Assembly: GCA_051294905.1 (NCBI GenBank)
Contig: CM119371.1
Coordinates: 26,972,001-27,036,000, forward strand
From: Botryllus schlosseri
Taxonomy: Eukaryota
DNA: 64,000 bases
Direction: 5' to 3'
This document shows, piece by piece, positions 49,606-63,176 of this stretch. The notes under the pieces were generated by a model that saw only the letters and a list, made by a program, of their open reading frames with translations, searched no databases and was not told the DNA's origin. Both the position numbers and the translations under genes were made by a program. Each line of letters begins with the position of its first letter. The first letter of the stretch is position 1.

Positions 49606-50677
49606 ACTGCTAACGTTTGCAACTGAAGATTCGGCGAATTCACTAATGTACGATGACTCCTCTCGCCGCAGTCGCACAAACGTGTAATGTCACCTTGCGG
49701 AGTGTCAGGTACATATCTAGTCCTTCGTTGAGTTCGCTTGCTGATTTAATCAGCGTTTTTTGATCACTCCCTTCTTTCGGATAACACTCGTGTTACTCGC
49801 TCCACTGACCCAAGCAGGCCATTCGCATCCTGGCGTTTGAATCGTTTATTGATGAAATCAGATATTTATATTATATTCTGCGTTCAAGTCTTGGAAGCGG
49901 TGCTTTCGGGATCGCTTGCAATTTATTAAGGCAGCCTGCATTTACGAGAAGTTAACTGCACACTTATGATATGTCCGTTTTGATACAACATTCTAATGCG
50001 TTGTTGTTGTTGTAGTTGTCGTTGATTAGGTTTTCATCCCGCGATTACGACGTAAGTGTCTTGGTTGGCCATATCCAGGTAGTCTTATGCATATGAATAA
50101 TTACATATATATTGCAAACAATACAAATCTATAAACTCAAAGTATCGTTTCGTCGTGAGGTCAAACTCCACAACCCAATGCAAAGCGTTTCCATCGAGGC
50201 ATATTTTATTTTTAGTAGTCAATATAATCCAAATTGTATCAGAATAAATGAATTCACTTCAAAAAGAAGAATTTTAAGTAATTTTAAACAGGGCTCTTCA
50301 ACCGGGTGTATGGTACTCTAGTCGTGACACTGTTATTCACAATTACGACGCTACATTTCCTACATTCTAAAGGGGTGTAGTCAGTTTTGCATTCCACTTA
50401 CCTGCTATTTCAGCAGTATCTGAAGCCCATTCACAGGATCGTGCAGAGGATCGCGGATGTCCTTAATTTGACTAAGGACTTTTGTTGAGTTACAGTGAAT
50501 TGTGACAACTAATATAGGCAACTTTTAGCACCTTCGGAAGCGTCCGAAACTGCAACAAGCGCTACAGTACAATGCGGAAGGAAAATATGTGAGATATCGA
50601 TGGGACAGTGAGTGCGGATGGAATTCTAAATTTTAAATGACAATAGCGGTAAGCACTCAGGACATTTCCATATAGAT

Positions 50678-51598
50678 CAGTGGTTCCCAACCTTTTTGTC
50701 TTCGTGGACCCCTTTCGGACCGTCACGGACCCCCACGAAGTTATAGTTCAAATTTAGATCAATTATCGTGCAATCGTCATCTGTCGTGTGCAAATGATAA
50801 CTAATAGCCTTAGTGATAAACATCAACAAAAAGTCTTTTCTTGAAAATAAGATCATAGGCTACTATTCATGTAGAAATTGGGTTGACTTGTCTTATTTCA
50901 AAGCGAATTTTGCAACTGTATTTCTAGAAATAAGTGGTTGTGTCTTGAAAATCCGCGCCTTCGATTTGACATGAACGAGTGCCGAAAATCCATTTCCACA
51001 AATTAAGATGGTGGCGAATGTATAAATAACGCGGAACGCGTCCGACGACACATTTGGGTATGATCGCAACAAATATGGCACCAAAATGGACAAACAATTT
51101 TGGTTTTATCCTATCTTGAAATTATTATGGGAAAATCGTTATCTATCACAGTGTTGGAGGAGGAAGTGTTGGAGGTTTACCTAGGCTCCTCCTTGACCCC
51201 TAATCCGCGTAAGCGGTGTCTTACAAAAGCCTAGAAGTGGGCCGTGCTATAAGTCGGCTGTTACGGAATAAATATGAAGAATATCGGCCTGGTGTAAATG
51301 ACCATAGTAGTCGACAAACACGATGAATACCTCAAAACAGACAAACAAACAGGAAAAAATGGATTGTTGTACGCATTTCGAAGTCACCGTTATTGACCTT
51401 ACTCATCTAACTTTTCTTTCCCACAATCCCCAACCAAAATCTCTAAACAGCAAAATGTTCGGTCATTCTGTTGATTTGAGCTTTGGAGTTTTAGTAGTAA
51501 TGAAGCGAAACTTCCTCGCAATTTTCCGAATTGAAAAAAATACAAATTAGGTTATCAAATATTTTAAGGCTACGCGGACCCCCGGTTGAGAACGGCTG
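50678..51598 (-). mobile_element. hAT-Charlie/Buster deletion derivative with transposase C-terminal remnant
   Basis: Termini CAGTGGTTCCCAACC...GGTTGAGAACGGCTG. TSD ATATAGAT/ACATAGAT. ORF 50893..51093 YPNVSSDAFRVIYTFATILICGNGFSALVHVKSKAR resembles the Charlie C-terminal YPxL..PFxTTYLCExGFS..KxKxR motif. Confidence 0.88.
51164..51351 (+). mobile_element. 3' fragment of a retroposon with (AAAC)n tail, nested in Charlie element
   Basis: Matches the reverse complement of 34048-34235. Ends AAACAGACAAACAAAC. Confidence 0.75.
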
Positions 51599-52207
51599 AC
51601 ATAGATTCTACAAGCATTTCCGATAACTAGAAGATCCTGTATGTTCCTCCTAAAAGCGGATGTAAGACTTTTAAGTATTCTTGAAGCAAACGAAGTATGA
51701 TCTAGTACGATGTTTTCAAATCATGTACGACTGATACAACACGAGAATCAAGGTATTCAAATCGGGATTGGATATCGTTAAATTTCGGCGGTATGTTACA
51801 CGTCTCGCTTGATTACTCCAATTTTTATCGATTTTCTTGGCTTGGTAGATTCGCGCCTATTTACCGACGGCAGTCTGGAATCTTACCCGATCTGGGGGTC
51901 TGTGGAGCACAACCCGTTCTTCGTAGCCCGGATGAAATTTTAATGGAGTGATGAAAGTGGAGGGTTTTATGCTCGCGGCCATACATCCACTGTCGAGAGC
52001 GTGATTTGCGAGGTCGTTCTGTAATCGGAATCTAGTATAATATATAAATTAATTTCATGAGTTCCTTTGACGAATGAATTGATGTTGTTCATCACGGCTA
52101 TACCGGGACTTTTTGAAGGAAGCACAAAGTGCCCGATATTTACGAATTTCCGACAGGCAGCCACGGGTGTCAAGATTCCAATGCTAGTGGTCAACTATTT
52201 CCACGGA

Positions 52208-52445
52208 GGAAGTGAGTGACGCAGTTGGTTGAGCGCGAGCGTCACGAAACCAATGACAGTGGTTCGAATCCCGGTTCGGACCAACGTCTGTATGTGACTG
52301 CGGTTTGGTTTCTCTGGGCGCCTCGTCGCGGACCTCACTGCCGTAGCTGTGCATTGAAAAGTCCAGAGTGCAGGTGAGCCGAGCCAAGAGTCGAAAGCGA
52401 AGTGCAATAAATGGGAGCGAGACCAATGGTGAAAGAGAGCGAGCA
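52208..52445 (+). mobile_element. Candidate tRNA-derived SINE (second family)
   Basis: Box A-like TGACGCAGTTGG (52217) and box B GGTTCGAATCC (52261), with no complete cloverleaf. GC-rich body and GAGA-rich end. Confidence 0.55.
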
Positions 52446-53831
52446 TGGAAGTCGTCCGGAACATTGCAAGCAAAAAGGACAGAAATTACTGAAATTAATG
52501 TCGTGACGGAAATGACCGTCTGGGCCAGTGGTCGCGAAAATATATGGCTCTTTGTCAAATTTTCATTATTGTACATAATTTATCAATATTGCAGCAACTT
52601 GTTCGTAAATTTTCATCAGGGCCAGAATAATTGTTCCCGTGGCTGTATGACTCTGAGAGGTAAAGACAGTGGCGTATTCAGGGAGGGGGCTCGGGTCCCC
52701 TTTTCAAAATACTCAAATTCAAGTTGCTTTCGCGCCGGTGACCGATACCGCTCGCGAGTTCGATGCACCCGACATAGCGCGCCTCGAAATTCCGGATTGC
52801 ACGAGACGTTGATTGATCAAATGATCGGAGAGAATAGCAGATCTCGCGACGTCTCTATGAGATGACAATGCAGTTTTCAAATACACATTGGCTTCCTGAT
52901 CTACGGCGAGAAATGGGCTGCCGTGGAAGTGACATTCACAATTACAAATTCAAATTACGAATAACACCATAGCTGTAAGAGATCATACTGTTCGTGCTCT
53001 TGATTAGTAAGTAGCTTTGCAGTACTGGCGTTAAAATGTAGGCGTGTTGCGCAACGTTATGTTGCCGCCGAATAATTTGTGAATTGACAAGTCGATCAAT
53101 ATTCAGGTTTTCGGAATCAGTGCGACAGTTAAATTCGATTATTAGAAATTTTAGGCTATTTATGATGAATTGCGCCATCATAGGTGAGTCTCGATATGTG
53201 GCTTCACAAGTGCCTTGCCTCGCCTTTCGCGCTTTATTTCCGAACAATAGACGTGCAAATTGCGTGCGATTGGGAGCGAAAAAGTTCAAAATCTAGACAT
53301 TCATAAACTTCGGTAGAATATACCAATATTCAATGAAGATTTCACAAATTTCGTTCACTGATCCTGACGACAGGTGATGCACTTCCTCACTTGCGCCCTC
53401 TGACGTATTCCACATTACAGTGGGCATGTACTGCTGTAGTGACCACTGACCATGTTTGGGTCCACCTACGCATGTGATCATGGGTCTTCGAATTAAAAAG
53501 GAGCATCAAGACGAGTTGACGATCACGTATAACTGACGAAAGTGGATTCACACTTTCACTGCTGTCTTCATCTGTTGTAGATGGTAATTATCTTACGTTT
53601 CGAAAATATCATATGGCTCTCACTGTAATACAATTAAAAAGATGTCACTTGCCAAATATCTATGTAACTCAAGTACGGTATGATCAAATAAGGCAACATG
53701 CAGAAGTAGTACAAGCTTGCACATTGGAAATGTGACGCCCGCTCTACGAATCCCATGTAGTGAGATCGAATTGATGCTGTGATGACGTCACAAATTTTCA
53801 ATTCATGTGCATATTAGATGACGTTTATAGG

Positions 53832-54730
53832 CAGGGTTGCCATCGACATGGACCCAAAAATAAGGACAGTCGAAAAGTTAGGTTAGCATTAAAAGCGTTT
53901 TTATACAAACGTTTCATTTATACGAGCCGTGGCATATCACATTCCATACTTTTCGAAAGAAACAACCTGGCCCAGCAACTCTTTCTTATTATAAAGTGAT
54001 TCATGGATCTGGCGACAGCTCAGGTCTAGGTTTACCTTTACTCAGGACCGAAACAGCCTATCGTCAGCCCACCCCCCCCAACCCCCCAAATAAAAATACG
54101 TTGGTCATGGGCCACGCATACAGGGTGATAAACCAAACTTCTTCACTGCGTTGTGATTAAAGGCGTCAACCAAGATGGTAAACGGCGTTCACCAACATGG
54201 AAAAAAGGCTGTGTATACATCAAGTTTAGACAAAATAATTTTTTGAGCGTATGGAGCAAGAACTCCAGTATCAATGCGTGTAGTCTTTGTCATGGCCGAT
54301 GCAAACCTCTTTGCGATGGTAATTAACCAAAGTGTCGACTGCAGTGCGCCCTTCTTCAGTACGCACTAAATGCTACCTTTCTCACAGCTTATTCTGCTGT
54401 AGACGTAGACTAAATAGCAGAAACCGGACACTGCTTTTCAAATGCTAAATGCTGCGATAGCTTGGTACAACCGAAACTGCTATACCAATCACTTTCCTAG
54501 CTATCTCACCGCATCGAAGTCAAATCCTGTGGTGCGTACGCCACGGGTGTTCCTTTCATTTATGATGTCAAAAAATCTCGACGCAAAAGCATAATTTAAG
54601 AATATTATGCAACACGGATACCAGAGGGAGACGATCGAAGTTCTGTATAGTCGTTGAAAATAAGACAAACTAAGGACGCAATTCGAAAATAAGGACATTT
54701 CTTAGAAATAAGGACGGTGCGACAACCCTG
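53832..54730. mobile_element. hAT-Blackjack-like MITE
   Basis: Termini CAGGGTTGCCA...CGACAACCCTG. AATAAGGAC subterminal repeats. TSD TTTATAGG/TTTACAGG. Confidence 0.85.
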
Positions 54731-54774
54731 TTTACAGGCAATGGCTTTATGGTGAGCCTTAGGCAGATACAAGT

Positions 54775-54925
54775 TCATAAGAGAACCTCCTGTGAAATGA
54801 GAATGATGTTCACAGAGGGTGTCAAATAGTCTGAGAAAATGTCTGGTAAGGTATTATTGTAGTACTTTTGCGTTTGAATGCCGACTTCAAACATATAGAT
54901 ATCATTAATTTTCAAGATTTCCGAT
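54775..54925 (-). pseudogene. Short L2/CR1-clade LINE ORF2 C-terminal fragment
   Basis: ILKINDIYMFEVGIQTQKYYNNTLPDIFSDYL resembles ILKFDDIFAFEVAKLMHRYFSNDLPPVFNHLF of the LINE at 18890-18990. Confidence 0.7.
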
Positions 54926-55011
54926 AGTCTCCCACAAGCAGGTTTCGCACAGCCGGATTGAAGCACTACAACGCTTCAATCGACCATTCTCTCATAATAA
55001 TTGCAAAGAAG

Positions 55012-55435
55012 TCTAGACATAGATCTGTAACATATGTGTTATATTTATTATTAGCCTACTATTATTTCGTTGGTGGAGATGGTACCCAAATAGAAAACAA
55101 AAATTATGTTGAAACGAAGTCGCGCTCGCTGAAAAATAAATTAATCTTTAAACATACCTTGTGGAATCCGAAAGCGTTTATCTCAATATCAAGTCTTATG
55201 CACAATTAACCTTTCTGATGCAATTGCAATTTTTGGGGTCGTAGTAGGATCAGGATAAGCTCGACTCCAGACTAATGTGTGTTTCCATACCCCAAATGGT
55301 TGAATGAAATCTATGGGTCTCAGACTCTTGCTCCAATTCAAAGCCCGAACCAATATAACGCCCTATTCAATTGCGGATGTCTTGATGTAAGTAATTTATG
55401 ATTTCTGCGGATTTGTTAAATCTGTTAGAGCTAAA
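55012..55435. repeat. Second copy of the interspersed repeat at 17020-17505
   Basis: Direct sequence similarity along its length. Confidence 0.8.
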
Positions 55436-57196
55436 GACATCGCTGCCCTAAGGTACTGCTGGACTCACAAAATTTTCCAATTTTTTTTATATTTATTGCA
55501 GAATCCTAGAGTATGAAACTTGTTCTTTTCAGACATGTATTGCTCTTGTCTGATTTCGAATTCGAAGTATGTTCAAATACAACTTGAAATCTCTCATTTT
55601 CGTACAAAGTAACCATCCATACAATTTCATTTATTTAAACTCACTCAAAATTGTCTATAATGTTGGTGTTATACAATAAATAGAAGAGCCATATCTGTAA
55701 TCGATGAAGCGTGACGTTGTAAACATTCAGCAGGCCAGCAGCCGTTCGCTCACCTGGGAATAGCTGAAAGCTGTCAATAATATTGGTGTTGTTTATCATA
55801 TTGCATATTTTTCAAGATTGCATTGGTATATTTTGATAGCTAATCGTTTAATTGACCATTATGACAAAGACATACACTACGAAAGCATTTGGCAATAGGA
55901 AAAGATAAAACTATGGTAGAAAAGTATACCAGCCCAGTCAACAAAATGGGAAGCGATCGACCGGCCTATTATGCGCATTCGATGTCAAAATGATGCTTCA
56001 AAAGAAACAATTTTCGCACTTCTGTCGCAGACTCATTAACCCGTTGTTGCCGTCCATTAACCCTCTCGCTATTGCAGCTTACAACCGCTATTAGCCCGAT
56101 CGCTACCTGAATCATCGTTGCTTTCTGGCATACATACTGACCCGTATGTTGTAGGACATCACAATTTGACAATATGTTTTCATTATAGTTTTAGTTATAA
56201 ATAAATCCACCACGAGCATACATACAAAATACCGGTCAAATACTGACAGACAGCCATATAAAATGCATGAAACGACATATTGATTTCAGTCGAGATGCAG
56301 AGAGCTCTTCTTTCCGGGACAAGTTTGATACAACTATTCCTGTTCTGCAGACAAGATCTGGTTTATCAAACAAGTCTGTGCCTTGGCGGGAAGAATAGGA
56401 TCAAGCAACGCGGAACTACCATCAGCAGCCTACTCACTGTTTGGCACGCTACTTCATTCAGAGGCCAATTGTGAATGATTTTTCTCAAGTTTAGGCTTGG
56501 CGTACCTAGTCTCTGATATCTGGGTAATTCCACTGGCCTCATATTCGTGCGATCCACTGTCAGTCAGATATCTCTAGCAGTGATAATCGGCTGATCACGG
56601 CAATTGTCGCTGCAGGTTGAACCAATGCTTAGAGGACGATATTTTATGAACCTCTGCCTTCGCCAACGCTGCATTCTTTTCAATTCACCATCAGACTTAT
56701 ACTGATATTTGGGCATATCGCAATCACATCATGGCTTCAGTCTCCATCGTAAAATAAAGGCTTAATATAGCAACAAAATAACTCGTAGATTAACTGAAAT
56801 GAATATCACAAATTTTAATCAGAAATTATTACAAGATACAGTATTTGGCTGAACAGTTGAAATGCCAACCGTTGTAACAAACATCCGTGATTGTAAATTC
56901 AGTCACAGATATTGCAGACAGAGAAAATAGATGGGTTGACCATACTTTATTGAATGCACTAACAAATGATTTCAAAGCCATAACCACAACACGCCAAGAT
57001 TCGGTGACGGGTACCAACACTCTTCCGCGGTTTAGCATTAAAATATCAGTGGACCGGTAGTAGCCCACGCAATACGTTTAGAGCACTAATATCAGTTTTT
57101 GTACATCAAAGGTGCCGCCTCGCTGTAGTGTCAAAACAGTTGCGTTTACTTCTCTCCTGCACTTTCTTCGCCTGGTTCGGCATTGAATGCACGACT

Positions 57197-59493
57197 TAGG
57201 GTGGAGTGAAAATGACTTTTTTTTTTCAAATCAAAAAAGGGCTTCCTCAATCCTGACAAATGACCTAAAACTTCAATAAAAAGTGACTTCAGGGTATTAC
57301 CCCCATTTTCCAGCCAACAACTCCCCAATTTCTGCGCGTGGGGGGTAAAATGGCCCATCTCGGCAACCGCTGGTCGTAGAGTCATGATATATAGCTCAAA
57401 ATCTGCGGAAGCATCATGTTTCTATCTGTCTTAAGAGGAAAGTTTTCTCTATTGTGAACACAAAATGAGTTAGAGCCAAAAAACAATATATACGCACATT
57501 TTTGTTGAAATTCAGCATTTATTCTGACGAATTGTGATCTGTCATCAGTTTTTTTGAATCTAAAAGTAACACACTGACAATACCGAATATTGGGCCCATA
57601 ATACAAATATATTCACAACACAGTCCTTTTAAAATCGGTTCAAGACATCATAATGAAACACTCACATTTAACGACTTATTGAAAATGCATTTTTGTGTCA
57701 AATTTTTTCATCAGTTTACGAGACTTAATTTTTTGGCAATTGAGAGGCCATCTCGTCTTTCAAATCCCGAAACTTGTGCTGATGCTTATGTTACGAGCTT
57801 TACATGTCGTTCCACTGTTTGATTGTAGCATGGATGAAACAAAATCAGAGGCTTCTCGCGGCATTCTTCCAACTCTGCATCAGTTAAGTGCTCAATCGCT
57901 GGAGGAAGTTGTTGATAAGGTTCAATATCAACCAACTCGTGGTATGCCTTTGCTTCGAAGTTCAACTTTGTGACACAGAATAAACGAATAGGACCCCAGT
58001 TCAATTGGTTGGAACTGCTATGACTTTCAATGTCCACAAGTGAATTTTATTCAGCGGCATGTTTTCGAAACGCAAGCACCTTGGTCACACCCTTATTTCG
58101 TATGTCTTCATTATTATCTACCAGCATTGCAATCATAATATTTTCGGGGTGTGCGAAATAACCGTTTCTTATCACCACATTCAAAGCAATTTTCCGAACG
58201 TTTCGGTCAGAAAAATTCAAAACCTGTTGAATCAAGTTGAAGAAGTTTCTGGATCCATGTGTTATATGTTTGTTTCGCTTGATCTCAAACCAAGTCGGAA
58301 AATATACTTCAAGGCAAAAACGAACCAGAATCTCCAGGTTCAAAGGCGATTCATCAACTGTCACATAATACCGTAAAACTCTGCACTGCATCCTAAAGTT
58401 AGCCATCTTGAATGCACAACTGGTCCAACCTCCAAATAAGCCAGATCATCATCAGCATTTCCCTGAATAATTGCCCAGCACATTTATGAACATATAACTG
58501 GTCCTTACTTAAGTCATTCACAATTTCCGATGGGAGCTTTGGAAAGGCCATATAAGTGGTGGCAAGAGCTTTTTGAATTGAGTAACTGGCCAACAAGATA
58601 CACTTCCACATAGTTTTCTTCCAATTGGGTGTGACCAAGATGCTGGCGATACGAAAACATGCCGCTGAACAAAATTCACTTATGGACATTGAGAGTCATA
58701 GCAGTCCCAACCAATTGAACTGGGGTCCTATTCGTATATTCTGTGTCACAAAGTTGAACTTGGAAGCAAAGGCATACCACGAGTTGGTTGATATTGAACC
58801 TTATCAACAACTTCCTCCAGCGATTGAGCACTTAACTGATGCAGAGTTGGAAGAATGCCGCGAGAAGCCTCTGATTTTGTGTCATCCATGATACAATCAT
58901 ACAGTGGAAGGACATGTAAAGCTCGTAACAGAAGCATCAGCACAAGTTTCGGGATTTGAAAGACGAGATGGCCTCTCAATTGCCAAAAAATTAAGTCTCG
59001 TAAACTGATGACAAAATTTGACACAAAAATGCATTTTCAATAAGTCGTTAAATGTGAGTGTTTCATTATGATGTCTTGAACCGATTTTAAAAGGACTGTG
59101 TTGTGAATATATTTGTATTATGGGCCCAATATTCGGTATTGTCAGTGTGTTACTTTTAGATTCAAAAAACTGATGACAGATCACAATTCGTCAGAATAAA
59201 TGCTGAATTTCAACAAAAATGTGCGTATATATTGTTCACAATAGAGAAAACTTTCTTAAGACAGATAGAAACATAATGCTTCCGCAGATTTTGAGCTATA
59301 TATCATGACTCTACGACCAGCGGTTGCCGAGATGGGCCATTTTACCCCCCAACGCGCAGAAATTGGGGGGTTGCCGGCTGGAAAATGGGGGTAATACCCT
59401 GAAGTCACATTTCATTGAAGTTTTAGGTCATTTGTCAGGATTGAGGAAGCCCTTTTTTTATTTGAAAAAAAAAGTCATTTTCACTCCACCCTA
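57197..59493. mobile_element. Foldback structure made of two inverted 3' ends of a hATm-like transposon
   Basis: 57197-58093 is a near-identical reverse complement of 58627-59493. Both ends are TAGGGTGGAGTGAAAATGAC. No flanking TSD. Confidence 0.92.
57786..58620 (-). pseudogene. hATm-like transposase C-terminal remnant with stops and frameshifts; inverted partial copy at 58627-59003 (+)
   Basis: YFPTWFEIK...HGSRNFF...RNGYFAHPENIMIAML and HPCYNQTVERHVKLVT match the hATm-type PCHTQAVERxVKLVTEAS region. Confidence 0.85.
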
Positions 59494-59822
59494 AATTGTA
59501 CGTACACACTTTTGTTGACTGGGAGTGGTTCCTGAACAGCTGAACTGAACAATCAAAGAAATCTTTTGAAAAAGATTGGAGCTTTCACCGCATTCAAGAT
59601 CCGATAATGGTGGTTCGGATTCGGCGGAATCATTTTTCCTCGCAATTTCTGCATTTTTGATGCAGTCTTCCCAAAAATTGTGAATTGTCTGACTGTGGCT
59701 CATCTGGCAAAGGATATTCGAACTGCATACGGGCTACAGCATATGGGTTTCGGAGTGTCATGATGAAATTGATGCTAAAAATTGTATGTTTGAATGGTCT
59801 CGGGGGAAATTTGGATGTACAC

Positions 59823-62668
59823 TAGGGTTGTCCAAAATTTGGAAAATCTTAAAAATACCCCGTGATTGTGTCTCATTCCATAGATTATTGATAAATAACA
59901 ACAATGAGCCTGAAAGAAGCTCGCGGGAAAGCCGTTAAGATTTCGGGCAAAGCGTTTGAAAGTAGCTGCCCAAGAATGGGCGTGCCACCGACCATAGAAC
60001 GGCGAGAAGACTAGTAATCAAATAACCACGGCTCTTGATTGGCTAATTGGCTATGCTTCAATGATCACCACAGCCACAGCTTGCCGATTATGTGTTCAAG
60101 GAGTCTGCAACCGGTGGGGATTCTGAAAGCGCGTTGTTGGTAGGTTGGCAGATGATGATTTCAGATTAATTCAGGACATTTTGAGGTACGAAATACATGA
60201 TGAACAAACAACAGCTGTTTCACAAAAACTTTTACAGCATGACTGCTATATTGTGAAGGAAACGGCTCTAACCTACATGCCGTGTTTTCATCGAGGGACA
60301 GCAAAGACGCTTATGCAAGTGGTGAACGAATTCCCCGTTTCAGAAGGGATCCAACCTCAGTGAATACAAATATAAAGCTTGACCATGACACTATACGTCG
60401 TGTGATCTTATTAGACCCATAGTTGAAGTTTTGAATGCTCCAGGGATCGACTGAATCAGCCGGTTATGCTTGGCGGTTATACTTACAGCAAATTGAATTA
60501 ACATGAAAGTGTTGTCAAAGTCCTTAATGATGCTGCAGAAAAGAGGTATAAAGTAAGCACAGACTATGCTGGATATGATATCCAAACTATGCTGGATACT
60601 ATGCAGCATAGTCTGTGCTTTTCTTTACATCTTTTCTCTGCGGGATCAATAAGGACTTTGACATACCACATCCAGCATAGCCTGTGCGAGTGTGCGTTAT
60701 CATCAGGGACTTTAGCAACACTTACAAGTGAATTCAATTTACTGTAAACATCTGATGAGTGCCAAGCATAACCCGCTGATTCAACCGATCCCTATAGCAG
60801 CGGTTCTCAACTTCCCTCGTATAACGGATCGCATTTTCACACTAAAACACGCCGCGGGCCGCAGAACTTTATCACCATGTATTTGTGAACCACTATTAAA
60901 TTTAGGCTTCTGTAGCCTATTTACCAGTCTTATACGGGAATTTAGTACATTTTTATGCATTGTAAAGCATTAATGGAGAGCGTTCGTAAGTTTGCAGTTG
61001 CTGTTTTTTTGTGAGGATATCTATCTTCAAGTGGCGCAAGTAGGCTAAATCCCTTCATGGAGCGTACATTTTATTCGTTGCCATGTTGGTATGTGAACCC
61101 TTCAAACCCTTCCACCAGAGAACCGAACTCGCTGTTTCAATGCGTGAGAGAGCAAGTATAAAATTACGGTGATATTTTCGTTGCAGAGGTCATTATCACT
61201 TTGAGCTCTCAGTGCCATAAGAAGTCAGACGTTCGGGGACATTTCTGAGCAAACCAATCAACTCTTCTCCTTTCCTTCCATGACTGGAGCCTTACACCAA
61301 TAGTTACAGAAGTCAGCTTTGTCAAATTCATGTTTTTCACTGGCCCCCTTCCCACGTTTGCCCGTCAGCATTTCCTCTGGAAATATGTCCACTCTGATAA
61401 AACGCACCTGGATAATTAGCTATGCAATGTGTGTGCAGTGTGCACTGTGTACAGTCGATGGATTCGTCCAATGCTAGGCTAAAGTAGTCTATGCGTGGCA
61501 ACGTGTTTCAGAACATGCGATAAGAGGTCGACTGAGATAGCTGTTACTCCTTCTGGTGACTGTTAGAGTGTTGAATCAGACAACTGTAGCCTCGAAATTT
61601 GTCAGGTGTTGTTGAACTTGCTGCTAAGTTCCGGAAACAGCGAATATTCGCACAGTACGTTAAATTTTTATTGAAGTCACACCTTCTCTAGCAGACTCTT
61701 CGGTTTATCGATATTCCAAGCAATTTTGAACAATGCGTCTGTCACGTCGTCGGCAATTTTAAAAATGCCTCGAAATATGGATTGCTGGGCTTGAAACCAA
61801 GCTAGCAACTTTTCTCTAAGATCAGGCGATATGTATAACTGCAGGTGAAACTATCGTGTTATCATTTGAAGCTTCTAGGCTTTGTTACAACAACTGTTCT
61901 TCGACAAATGTGACACATCGGTCTTCCATAACGATGCTGTACCAGTAGTAATTGCGTTCATATTGAAAGATGTCGCGGGCCGCAAAAGAATCGTCTGCGG
62001 GCCGCGGGTTGAGAACCCCTGCCCTATAGCATTCAGAACGTCACCTATATATTACAGCTTGAGCCTACTAAGATCACACAAAGTATGGTATCGTGTCATT
62101 GTTAAGCTTTATATTTGCAATCACTAATGATGGATCCCTTCTGAAACAGGGAATTCGTTCACAACTTGCATAAGGTCCTTTGCTTTCCCTCGATGAAAAC
62201 ACGGCATGTAGGCTACAGCCGTTTCCTTCCAATAAAGCAGTCATGCATTAAACGTTTCTGTGAAGCAGCTGTTGTTTGTTCCTTTGTTCATAATGTATTT
62301 CATACCTCAACATGTCCTGAATTAATCTTAAATCACCATCTGCCAACCTACCAACAATGCTCTTTCAGAATCTCCGCCGGTAACAGACTCCTTGAACACC
62401 TAATCAACAAGCTGCTGCTGTCGTGATCATTGAAGCATAGCCGATTTGCCAATCAAGAGCCGTAGTTATTTGATTACTAGTCTTGTCGCCGTTCTATGGT
62501 CAGTGGCACGCCTATTCTTGGGCAGCTACTTTCAAACGCTTAGCCCGAAATCTTAACGGCTTTCCCGTGAGCTTTTTTCAGGCTCATGGTTGTTTTTTAT
62601 CAATAATCTATAGAATGAGACACAATCACGGGGTATTTTTAGGATTTTGCAATTTTTGGACAACCCTA
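59823..62668. mobile_element. Palindromic hATm-derived element with ~750-bp inverted arms
   Basis: Termini TAGGGTTGTCCAAAA...TTTTGGACAACCCTA. Perfect TSD ATGTACAC (59815-59822, 62669-62676). 59823-60580 mirrors 60675-60797 plus 62030-62668. Arms carry transposase remnants DDFRLIQDILRY...KLLQHDCYIVKE and KVLNDAAE/RGIK. Confidence 0.9.
60798..62021. mobile_element. hAT-Charlie/Buster-type element inserted in the right arm of the palindrome
   Basis: Termini CAGCGGTTCTCAAC...GTTGAGAACCCCTG with GCGGGCCGC motifs. TSD CCCTATAG (60790-60797, 62022-62029). Confidence 0.92.
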
Positions 62669-63176
62669 ATGTACACTCTAAATTCACAGCGCTGAGTGAC
62701 ACACAACATTGTGCATGGGTATATACAATATTTGGCTGACACATATTATTGGCTGAGATCTGACATCTGGAATCCGCCATGTTTGGTGCACGTCCACACA
62801 TCATCAGGGAATGTTATAAGATGTGGGTTCATGCTCATATGATGTGTCTATGAGCTCACATGCATATCAGTAGTCATTCCGAACGAATTTTATGCGGTGT
62901 CAAACATTCATACCAGATATCAATTGGGAGGGAGTTCGAAAAGCCTCGCAAAATGTGATTTGATCGGTATGGTTAATAACCCTAAGCTATAGATTTTTCA
63001 TCAGGCGTCATTGTTTAATAACTAATATTATTACTGATATAACTAACCAAGGTTGTAATCGACGGTGGTGCCGGGTTTGAAGCAAATAGGTAGTTGATCA
63101 GATATTATGGTCGTGCTGTACCAATACTTGACTGACGACTCGCTTTCCTGAGGTTTGCTATGATCTGACTTTACAT

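Noticed and set aside
52184..52865. 130-aa and 165-aa ORFs
   Set aside because: They overlap a GC-rich SINE-like element and TE fragments, and show no domain signature.
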